NCBI GenBank assembly: GCA_965197555.1
Contig: OZ240213.1
Span: forward strand, 2,603,671 to 2,667,670
Origin: Dehalococcoidia bacterium
GTDB lineage: Bacteria > Chloroflexota > Dehalococcoidia > Lucifugimonadales > UBA3495
DNA: 64,000 bases
Direction: 5' to 3'
The notes below the pieces were generated by a model, which saw nothing but the letters and a program-made list of their open reading frames with translations, did not search any database and had not been told where the DNA came from. Both the position numbers and the translations under genes were made by a program. Shown in pieces: positions 19,877 through 26,833 of the stretch; within the stretch, counting starts at the first letter, position 1, and the number at the start of each line of letters is the position of its first letter.

Positions 19877-20350
19877 ATGATGGTCCGGGACAAGTACGCA
19901 GTGCGGCTGGCGGCGGAACAACGGGAAGAACTCCAGCGTCTGATTCGGGTTGGGAAACGCCCGGTCCGAGTCACCGCCAGGGCCCGGATTCTCCTCAAGA
20001 GCGACGACGGTTGGACGGCGCCCCAAGTGGCTGAAGCCCTGGATGTGGCCCTGGGCACAGTGTACCGGGTCAAGCAGCGCTTTACCGAGGAAGGGTTGGC
20101 GGGGGTGCTGAAGGACCGTCCCCAAGCTAACCGGCGCCGGAAGCTGGACGACCGGGGCGAGGCCCACCTGATCGCCCTGGCCTGCAGCCCGCCGCCGGCA
20201 GGGCTTGACCACTGGACCCTGCGCCTGCTGGCTGGCAAGGTGGTGGAGTTGAAGTTGGCCTCCTCCATGTCCCACGAAGGGGTGAGAAAGCGGCTCAAAA
20301 AAACGCTCTCAAGCCGTGGCAGAAGAAGGAATGGTGCATCCCCAAGGTGA
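19877..20350 (+). CDS. IS630 transposase OrfA (HTH DNA-binding part)
   Basis: MMVRDKYAVRLAAEQREELQRLIRVGKRPVRVTARARILLKSDDGWTAPQVAEALDV..GTVYRVKQRF is a typical IS630 N-terminal HTH. The ORF-track start is the GTG at 19856. Confidence 0.85.
   Translation: MMVRDKYAVRLAAEQREELQRLIRVGKRPVRVTARARILLKSDDGWTAPQVAEALDVALGTVYRVKQRFTEEGLAGVLKDRPQANRRRKLDDRGEAHLIALACSPPPAGLDHWTLRLLAGKVVELKLASSMSHEGVRKRLKKTLSSRGRRRNGASPR
20297..20303 (+). other. A7 slippery run, probable -1 frameshift / transcriptional slippage site joining OrfA and OrfB
   Basis: CTCAAAAAAACG. The -1 frame from 20296 reads QKNALKPWQKKEWCIPKVSAEFV, the conserved IS630 linker (KPWQKKEWCIP), and continues into OrfB. OrfB is in frame -1 relative to OrfA. 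Confidence 0.7.
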
Positions 20351-21051
20351 GCGCGGAGTTCGTGGCCAACATGGAGGACCTGCTGGACCTCCACGCCGAA
20401 CCCTATGACCCCCGACGGCCGGTGGTCTGCTTTGACGAGACCTCGACCCAGTTGTTGGCCGAGACGCGGCCATCTCTGCCGCCCCGGCCCGGAATTCCGC
20501 TGCGGCAGGACTACGAGTACCGGAGGGAGGGCGTCCGCAACCTGTTCCTGGCCTGTGAGCCGCTGGCGGGCTGGCGTCATGTGGCGGTGACCCAGCGGCG
20601 TACCATGCAAGACTTCGCCCATCAGATGCGCTGGCTGGTGGACGAAGCTTACCCGGAGACCCCGGTGGTGCGTGTGGTCATGGACAACCCCGTATCAAGT
20701 ACGGGGCAGGCTCTGAACACGCATCGTCCGGCGTCCCTGTACGAGACGTTCCCGGCACCAGAGGCCCGGCGGATTGCCAAACGGCTGGAGTTCCACTACA
20801 CCCCCAAGCACGGAAGTTGGTTGAACCCCGTATCAAGTACGGGGCAGGCTATGGCGGAAATCGAGTTCAGCGTGCTATCCCGCTCCTGCTTGAAGCAGCG
20901 ACTCCCCGACGAGGAGGCGCTCCGGCGGGAAGTCCATGCTCTGGTTAAGGAACGCAACGCCGCCCAAGCCACTATCCGCTGGAGGTTCAATACCCAGGAT
21001 GCCCGAACCAAACTTCACTGCCTTTACCCTTTTGATTCCAAGGTTGACTGA
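20347..21051 (+). CDS. IS630 transposase OrfB (DDE catalytic domain) carrying two 8-aa in-frame insertions
   Basis: VVCFDETSTQLL (first D), VVMDN[PVSSTGQA]LNTHRP (second D), HGSWLN[PVSSTGQA]MAEIEFSVLSR (E). The frame is already open from about 20296. Confidence 0.85.
   Translation: MSAEFVANMEDLLDLHAEPYDPRRPVVCFDETSTQLLAETRPSLPPRPGIPLRQDYEYRREGVRNLFLACEPLAGWRHVAVTQRRTMQDFAHQMRWLVDEAYPETPVVRVVMDNPVSSTGQALNTHRPASLYETFPAPEARRIAKRLEFHYTPKHGSWLNPVSSTGQAMAEIEFSVLSRSCLKQRLPDEEALRREVHALVKERNAAQATIRWRFNTQDARTKLHCLYPFDSKVD
20689..20712 (+). repeat. 24-nt hairpin cassette, copy 1 (in frame in transposase)
   Basis: CCCGTATCAAGTACGGGGCAGGCT, directly after AAC. With the preceding C it forms a 7-bp stem CCCCGTA/TACGGGG with loop TCAAG. 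Identical to copy 2. Confidence 0.9.
20827..20850 (+). repeat. 24-nt hairpin cassette, copy 2 (in frame in transposase)
   Basis: CCCGTATCAAGTACGGGGCAGGCT, directly after AAC, 138 nt downstream of copy 1. 24/24 identical. Confidence 0.9.
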
Positions 21052-21085
21052 CTGCTAGGTAGCCACAATTGCTACAATCGTCATT

Positions 21086-21307
21086 ATGGCTGGGGTTGGG
21101 TTGAATGACCATTACCTGGAAACAGGTAGGGAACACGACGACGGTTGGAGAACTCATGTCGTGTGTCACGAGATGGGCTATAGCTGCGGACTCGATTATT
21201 TTGAAGATCCTGAGACAGACGATTCGTGTCTGAATACTCACGACATGCCAGACCCAACGCCGGCAGGGGACCATGACACCAACGACCTTGCGGATAACTA
21301 CGCATAA
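21086..21307 (+). pseudogene. possible metzincin-like metalloprotease remnant
   Basis: 73-aa ORF that starts at the IS630 right end. It contains VVCHEMGYSCGLDYF, which resembles HExxHxxGxxH with both distal His positions read as Tyr. No N-terminal domain and no RBS. Weak evidence. Confidence 0.3.
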
Positions 21308-21345
21308 ACTCGGTACTACCCGTTGGAAGATTGGGGGAGATGTAG

Positions 21346-21930
21346 GTGAAAGTGAAAGTAAATACAGCACTCGTACCGGTCATAATAGCCGTTACTATTG
21401 CACTGGCAACGCTGTCAGGTTGTGATAGAGCTGCGGTAGATAAGAGTGAGTCTGAGGCACTAGGGCACTCGGTTTGGGCACACATATTCAGTTCGGTGCA
21501 GGAAGCGACAGATGTCGCAGAGCTCGTGGTCGTGGGCGAGATAACGTCATCAGAGTTCGGAAGGACCAATGAGAAGAGTTTCAGGCCGACTCATTACACT
21601 TACGTCAAGGTAGCGGTGGAGGAAGTCCTAAAAGGGGAGTTCGCTAGGCCAGAGCTGTTGATCGAAATGATAGGGAGCACAGATACGGTCTGGTATCAGG
21701 GAATGCCTGAGTTTGGAGTAGGAGAAAGGCACTTGTTATTCCTAAGGACAAAGAAGGATACCAGGAGCGAAGCGGGATATGTCGTGATGGGACCAACTGC
21801 GCGGTACAGAATCAAAGACGGCAAGCTTAATGTGACTTCCCGGGCCTACGAACTCACCAGAGCCATGGATGGAAGATCGGTCAAGGAAGTGAGGGCCGAG
21901 ATTACTTCTTCCAACTCCACCGGATCGTGA
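21346..21930 (+). CDS. hypothetical lipoprotein
   Basis: 194 aa. Signal peptide plus lipobox (IALATLSGC). GTG start preceded by GGGGGAG. No family recognised. The region looks more AT-rich than its surroundings. Confidence 0.55.
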   Translation: MKVKVNTALVPVIIAVTIALATLSGCDRAAVDKSESEALGHSVWAHIFSSVQEATDVAELVVVGEITSSEFGRTNEKSFRPTHYTYVKVAVEEVLKGEFARPELLIEMIGSTDTVWYQGMPEFGVGERHLLFLRTKKDTRSEAGYVVMGPTARYRIKDGKLNVTSRAYELTRAMDGRSVKEVRAEITSSNSTGS

Positions 21931-22402
21931 TTGCTGGGACAACATCGCTCATCACTGAAGGGCTCCCGATTTGCCGCGAGTCAGAGGACTTGGGGCAGCC
22001 ATCGTTGTGGTGTAACCCCCACCGCTTGTCTGTACGTGAGGCAATCTCCTTTTTACCTGGAATCGGCCTCGACCGGTCCAGCAACCCTATCGCTCAGGCT
22101 TGTAGTAATTGGGCAAACCGCCTAAGCTTGCAGCCGACGGCTCATCCTTTCTACGGAGGGTATTGCGCTACTTTACCCAGGGTAGAGTTGCCTGTGAGGC
22201 TTCGGGCGCATCCATTTGTTGCGTACGGTTATGGGTCAGCAATCCACTTGAAGCACCTACCCTTCTGGACTTGCTCGGCACGGTACAGGCTGAGGTCGGA
22301 ATGCCCAGCACTCTGCGACGGCGACTCGCTGATGCAGAGTCTGAGGGTGTCCCCCGGATGTTCTCCGGATGTTCGCATTCTCAATGAAAGGTTGAGGGTA
22401 AC

Positions 22403-23785
22403 TTGGACACGCTTTTGACGAGCACAACCTTGGTCACCGGTGAGGCGCCTGGCCGAGTAATCCGGGATGGCGCCCTGGCAATACGCGCCGACCGCATCGT
22501 CGACATCGGGGCTACCGCTGTACTGGAAGAACGCCACCCGGACCTCCCTCGTCTGGCCCTGCCTCGCAGGCTGGTGGTCCCGGGTCTCATCAACTGTCAC
22601 ACCCACACCGTTCTCACCGTTCTACGGGGCGGAGTGGAGGACCTGGGACATAACATAATGGAGGTGGTCTACGGGTATATGGTGCCCGTCACTTACGTGA
22701 TGACCGACGAGGAAAGGCAGGCAATGGCCTCTCTGGGCTGCCTCGAGGCGATACGGTCCGGCACCACAACGATTGTCGACCCCATGCGCGCCGTCGTCTC
22801 TTACGCCGACGCTATGGCCGACAGTGGCCTGCGACTCTATCTTTGCGAGTCGGCCTCTGACGCTGTGGCCACCGAGGTCTGGACCAAGGGCTACCAGTAC
22901 GATCGTAGCTGGGGCGAGGCGACGCTCCAGCAGACGACGGACCTGATCGACGGCTATCACAACACCCGCAACGGACGCGTCCGATGCCTGGTGGCCGCTC
23001 ACGCCCCCGACAGTTGCTCGTCTTGGATGCTGGACGAGCTCCGAGAAATGGCTCGCTCGCGTGGACTAGGCCGCACCATCCACCTTGCTCAGTCGGAACA
23101 GGAGGTGGCGCAGGTGAAAGCGATGACGGGAGGCAGAACGTCGGCCGAATACCTCGACGACCACGGCTGGCTGGGTCCCGACGTGCTTTCGGCCCACTGC
23201 CACTGGTGCAACGCCTCTGACATCGATCTGCTGGGCCGAAGGTCTATGACGACCGTCCACTGCGCGGCATCCAGCTCCCGCCGGGGCTACCACCGGTTGG
23301 CCAACATTCCGGCGCTGCTGGACGCCGGCGTCAATATAACCCTAGGCACCGACAATATGTCTGAGGACATGTTCGACGCGATGCGTATCGGCATCGTGGT
23401 CAACCGGGGAATGAGAGGAGATGGGCAAAACCCCACGCCAGCGGAGGTGCTCTCTTGGGCCACTACCAACGGCGCCCGCGCCCTGGCCAGGGATGACCTG
23501 GGTGCCATCGAGGTGGGCAGGAAGGCGGACCTGGCGGTGGTCAGACTTGACCGTCCTCACTTGACGCCTCTGTTGGACGTGACCTCGAGTCTGGTCCACT
23601 ATGCCCAAGCCTCCGACGTGGAATCGGTCATGGTCGATGGAGAGTGGGTGATGAGAGACGGTCGTGTCCTCACCATGGATGAAGAAGCAGTTATGGAGGA
23701 CGCTCGGCTGGCTACCATCAGCTCATGGCGCCGACTGCGCGATAGATGGCCCAACCTATCAGTCCCCGCAGGACTTGATATTTAA
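22403..23785 (+). CDS. amidohydrolase family protein (TRZ/ATZ / MtaD-like deaminase)
   Basis: 460 aa. PGLINCHTHTVLTVLRG (HxH metal site), HLAQSEQE, LSAHCHW, LGTDN. TTG start with GAGG 6 nt upstream. Confidence 0.85.
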   Translation: MDTLLTSTTLVTGEAPGRVIRDGALAIRADRIVDIGATAVLEERHPDLPRLALPRRLVVPGLINCHTHTVLTVLRGGVEDLGHNIMEVVYGYMVPVTYVMTDEERQAMASLGCLEAIRSGTTTIVDPMRAVVSYADAMADSGLRLYLCESASDAVATEVWTKGYQYDRSWGEATLQQTTDLIDGYHNTRNGRVRCLVAAHAPDSCSSWMLDELREMARSRGLGRTIHLAQSEQEVAQVKAMTGGRTSAEYLDDHGWLGPDVLSAHCHWCNASDIDLLGRRSMTTVHCAASSSRRGYHRLANIPALLDAGVNITLGTDNMSEDMFDAMRIGIVVNRGMRGDGQNPTPAEVLSWATTNGARALARDDLGAIEVGRKADLAVVRLDRPHLTPLLDVTSSLVHYAQASDVESVMVDGEWVMRDGRVLTMDEEAVMEDARLATISSWRRLRDRWPNLSVPAGLDI

Positions 23786-23987
23786 CCCCTTGGCGCAATA
23801 TAGAGGGCTTAGGGGCGGGAGGGACGCTGGTAAGCATTGGCCGCGTGAAACAGCAACTTTGTCTCGAAAGGCTAGCCCATCAGTTGCAGCCCTACCGACA
23901 GACCTGCCGCAGTGAAGCCGGATGCTCGAGGCAGGGCCTCATCCCCGGCCCGACCTCCGGTGGGCTTACGTGCGGAATGCTAAGAAG

Positions 23988-24263
23988 TCAGCGGTAGAAC
24001 TCAACTTGAAAGCGAACGTTGCCGACGGCCTCGACTTGGTGTGGAATTCCTGGTTCCACGATCCCCGGTTGACCAGGTGAGAGTTCGTGCTCCTCGACGT
24101 TTGGCCCGAGGATTCTATACCGCAGTTCCCCCCGGAGGACCACGATTTTTGTCCAAGCGTCGGCGTCAGTTCGATGGAAATTTAGCAGGTTGGCTGGGAT
24201 CGTCTCCTCGGTGAATTCGAGGGTTGTGGCGTAGCAGGATACGCTAGGCGGCATGGTGTTCAC
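23988..24263 (-). CDS. DUF1971 domain protein (YeaR / TehB N-terminal-like cupin)
   Basis: 91 aa. Pattern ...FTEETIPANLLNFHRT...WTKIVVLRGELRY....LSPGQPGIVEPGIPHQVEAVGNVRFQVEFY matches DUF1971 as I recall it. Confidence 0.7.
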   Translation of the reverse strand: MNTMPPSVSCYATTLEFTEETIPANLLNFHRTDADAWTKIVVLRGELRYRILGPNVEEHELSPGQPGIVEPGIPHQVEAVGNVRFQVEFYR

Positions 24264-24295
24264 TCCGGTTCCTCCGGTTCCATTAGCTTCATTCT

Positions 24296-25432
24296 TCAGC
24301 GATCAGGACCATTAAGATGGCCGATGGGGAGTTCAAAACCCGAATCGCAGATCGTCAACGATTCGGGGTGGCCACCTTTAAGGTAGAAAGTGTCTTCGAT
24401 TCGCACTCCGCCTACTCCCGGTACCGACAGGACCGAATGTCCAACCGTCAGGATCATTCCCTCCCGGAGTTCAATCATCGAGTCCGCAGGATGGATGGTT
24501 GGGCGAGGCATCTCCTCAAAGTCCAAGCCAATGCTATGACTGATCCCGGTCACGAAGTAATCCCCGTAGCCAGCCTCGGAGAAGACCTTTTGGGCCGCCG
24601 CATCGATGTCGCGATTTCGTACGCCCGGCCTGACCGCCTCGATCCCTGCCGCTTGGGCCCGCTTGTAGGTGTCGAACATTTCTAGTTGTTTAGGTGTAGG
24701 GGGGCCAATCACGAAAGTGTAGGCCATGTTCGCGCAATAGCCCTGGTACCGCGGAACTACGTCCACGACCACCAAGTCACCGGCTTGCACCTCCTTGTGA
24801 GACGCCGTGCCGTGCAACCAGCCCGACCGTACCCCGGAGTTTACGAACACTGGTGTAGCAACACCCTGGCCCCCGGCCTTACGCATGGCGTATTCAACCT
24901 CGGCCCCAACCTCGTTCTCCGTTATTCCGGGTTTGAGCCATGCGGCCGCTGTCTTGATGCCCACTGCGGCGATCTGGGCCGCCTTTCGCATCAACTCGAC
25001 CTCGGCCTCGTCCTTAATCATGCGAAGCTCATCCATTACAGAGGCGATGTCGACAACCTTCACGTTTGGGTTGGCCCGTTGGAACAGATTAAGGAGGAAG
25101 GCGGGAGTGTTGAACCACATCTGCACACCCACCGTCATTGATTCCTTCCCACCCGACATTTCGCGCATTACACCAACCACGTCCTTGATCTGTTGGCCCA
25201 CGGTACCGAAGATTCTCGCATCCTCGACACCAAGTGATTGCCTGACCTCTTCCTCCTCCCCCTGGAAGGTGACGATGATGGGCGGTGCCATGGCCGGGAT
25301 AATGGCGCGGGGCTGAAAGCGGTCCTCGCCGAAGAAGTAGATGTAGTCGTCGTGGGTCAGGATCAGGTAGGCGTCAATGCCCTGTTCGCGCATCCGTTCC
25401 TGGGCGCGTTCCAAGCGATCTCGGTTCAGCAT
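24296..25432 (-). CDS. M24 family protein (creatinase/Xaa-Pro peptidase fold)
   Basis: ATG at 25432 with RBS AAGGAGG (MLNRDRLERAQERMREQGIDAYLIL). Creatinase_N-like N-domain followed by a pita-bread domain (GDLVVVDVVPRYQGYCANMAYTF, GISHSIGLDFEEMP, VRIEDTF). Confidence 0.85.
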   Translation of the reverse strand: MLNRDRLERAQERMREQGIDAYLILTHDDYIYFFGEDRFQPRAIIPAMAPPIIVTFQGEEEEVRQSLGVEDARIFGTVGQQIKDVVGVMREMSGGKESMTVGVQMWFNTPAFLLNLFQRANPNVKVVDIASVMDELRMIKDEAEVELMRKAAQIAAVGIKTAAAWLKPGITENEVGAEVEYAMRKAGGQGVATPVFVNSGVRSGWLHGTASHKEVQAGDLVVVDVVPRYQGYCANMAYTFVIGPPTPKQLEMFDTYKRAQAAGIEAVRPGVRNRDIDAAAQKVFSEAGYGDYFVTGISHSIGLDFEEMPRPTIHPADSMIELREGMILTVGHSVLSVPGVGGVRIEDTFYLKGGHPESLTICDSGFELPIGHLNGPDR

Positions 25433-25683
25433 TGTGACCTCCTTACGGTGGCGGCAATTGCCTAATATCTGCGGCCAGATGCCGTTTGGGGGAACTGTCA
25501 ATGGCCAATTGAACGGGGGCTATGGGACGACTTGTTAACAAGTCCCTATGTCTAGCTTCGTTTACCTGTCATGACTGGCGGTAAGATAGTAATTCGGGCG
25601 TGGTACGGGGGGGGTTAGGTGGGAACATGCCTAGCGGGCCTCACCTGCGATCCCGGCGCCGGCCACATGCCACGCGACACCGG

Positions 25684-26223
25684 TCAGGACTGGCGGCCCG
25701 CGTTGCGAGCTTGGGCGATGGCCTGGCCGGTTTCCTGAGGAGGTCCGGCCATTAGCTGGATGCGGTCCAGCCACTTGACGCTGAAATAGCAGGCTTGGCC
25801 CAGAGCCATCAAACGGCAGGGTCCACCGTGTTCGGTGGATAACCACTGGCCGTTAAGCCGCAACGCTACAATCACGTTGCTCTCCAACGCTTCTGCCAGT
25901 GTCATCCCCACAGTATAGCCTCCGGCGGAGAAGGCCACGTAAGTCGCCTCGGCCAGTGGCCCCGCCATGTCCACCAGTGCTGCCACCGGAACGCCCTCCC
26001 ATTGCTGGTCCGGCACTACCCAGCCCTCCACACAGCGAAAATCATCCACTAGCTCGCCGCGGCCCAAAGCGGTGAGGTCGTCTTGGCCTAGGTCAAGAGG
26101 TGTTGCCACCAAGCCTTCCACGCTCAGGGAGCGCCACTCACCGTCCGGGGTCACGTCGGGGAAGACTGGCAGTTGCTCCAACACTTTTTCAGTCGGCTCG
26201 GTCATGGCTCCTTCCGCTGACAA
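25684..26223 (-). CDS. molybdopterin-binding oxidoreductase domain protein (sulfite oxidase / MsrP-like)
   Basis: 179 aa. DFRCVEGWVVPDQQWEGVPVAALVD ... LNGQWLSTEHGGPCRLMALGQACYFSVKWLDRIQL matches the Oxidored_molyb fold. No signal peptide or haem partner is evident. Confidence 0.75.
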   Translation of the reverse strand: MSAEGAMTEPTEKVLEQLPVFPDVTPDGEWRSLSVEGLVATPLDLGQDDLTALGRGELVDDFRCVEGWVVPDQQWEGVPVAALVDMAGPLAEATYVAFSAGGYTVGMTLAEALESNVIVALRLNGQWLSTEHGGPCRLMALGQACYFSVKWLDRIQLMAGPPQETGQAIAQARNAGRQS

Positions 26224-26666
26224 CGGTTACGCTGCTTGGGTGCGTCATCCACTGCCTTGCCCCCCTAGGCTGGCGTGTAGGCAAATATTATAGCGCACGT
26301 TGTTCAATGGGCCGCACCCGGGGATAAGAGGGACCTGCCTGGAAGTAATGGGCTACACCGCCTATCAGGTGAAAGCCGGAATCCAGGGAACCTACGGGAG
26401 TTGGGGCTTCAAGACAATCGGAGATTGTGGGCCTAATTCCGCAAGAATCTGCTCAGCCCTTGGCATCAACGGATGGAACGAAGGGGTTGTTCCCACAACC
26501 ATATACGCAAGCATGAGTCGATGATACCGAGGTTTCAACTCGATAAAGACATAGGGCAACGAATACAGCAGGACGGCGAACCCCAAAATGATGACCTCCG
26601 CCGCATAATCTCCTTAACAAGTAGCACCAGAAACAAAGGTTGCGCCGGCGTTGACACCGGGTATCG

Positions 26667-26694
26667 TTGACCACCGGCCCAGTTGACTTATAAT
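26667..26694 (+). promoter_or_regulatory. putative sigma-70 promoter upstream of the MFS gene
   Basis: TTGACC, 16-nt spacer, TATAAT (26689-26694). Confidence 0.4.
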
Positions 26695-26833
26695 GAGGCC
26701 TAACGCCCGGCTAGCGACGCCTCGAAGAGGCGCGGCCGGACCTACACGTCCGATGGGTTATTCCTGGCCGTCCCCGATGGGTTGGCCCAGGCCCTAGCGC
26801 CGCCCGACAGTGGTGACTGCGAGGGAGTAATAA

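Larger units (their letters stand above)
19826..21085 (+). mobile_element. IS630-family insertion sequence
   Basis: Two-ORF IS630-type transposase. Imperfect terminal inverted repeats CAATTTGGCTATCCTGC (19829-19845) and the reverse complement of GCTAGGTAGCCACAATTG (21064-21081). Boundaries are good to a few nt. No clear TA target duplication seen. Confidence 0.85.

Noticed and set aside
19478-20622. Long minus-strand ORFs (265 aa and 261 aa) across the IS630 element
   Set aside because: They are antisense shadows of the transposase genes, Arg/Pro/Gly rich with no RBS. Only the segment left of about 19826 belongs to the DUF2075 remnant.
20689-20850. The two identical 24-nt repeats as a mini CRISPR array
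   Set aside because: There are only two copies, both in frame inside a transposase ORF, with a 114-nt intervening segment that is ordinary transposase coding sequence. There is no leader and no cas genes.
18858-22402. Direct repeat of the tRNA-Ala 3-prime end marking an island boundary (attL/attR)
   Set aside because: I could not find a second copy of GGTTCGAGTCCCCCCAGCTCC, or a substantial part of it, in the window. The island interpretation therefore rests on content and composition only.
21927-22418. 163-aa plus-strand ORF as a real gene
   Set aside because: It has no RBS, an atypical residue composition, and overlaps the amidohydrolase start. The region is kept as an unexplained non-coding stretch in the findings.
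26392-26586. 64-aa hydrophobic minus-strand ORF in the 610-bp gap between the Moco-domain gene and the MFS gene
   Set aside because: Only a TTG start without a convincing RBS, and no family recognised. A small membrane peptide cannot be excluded, but the support is too weak to call.
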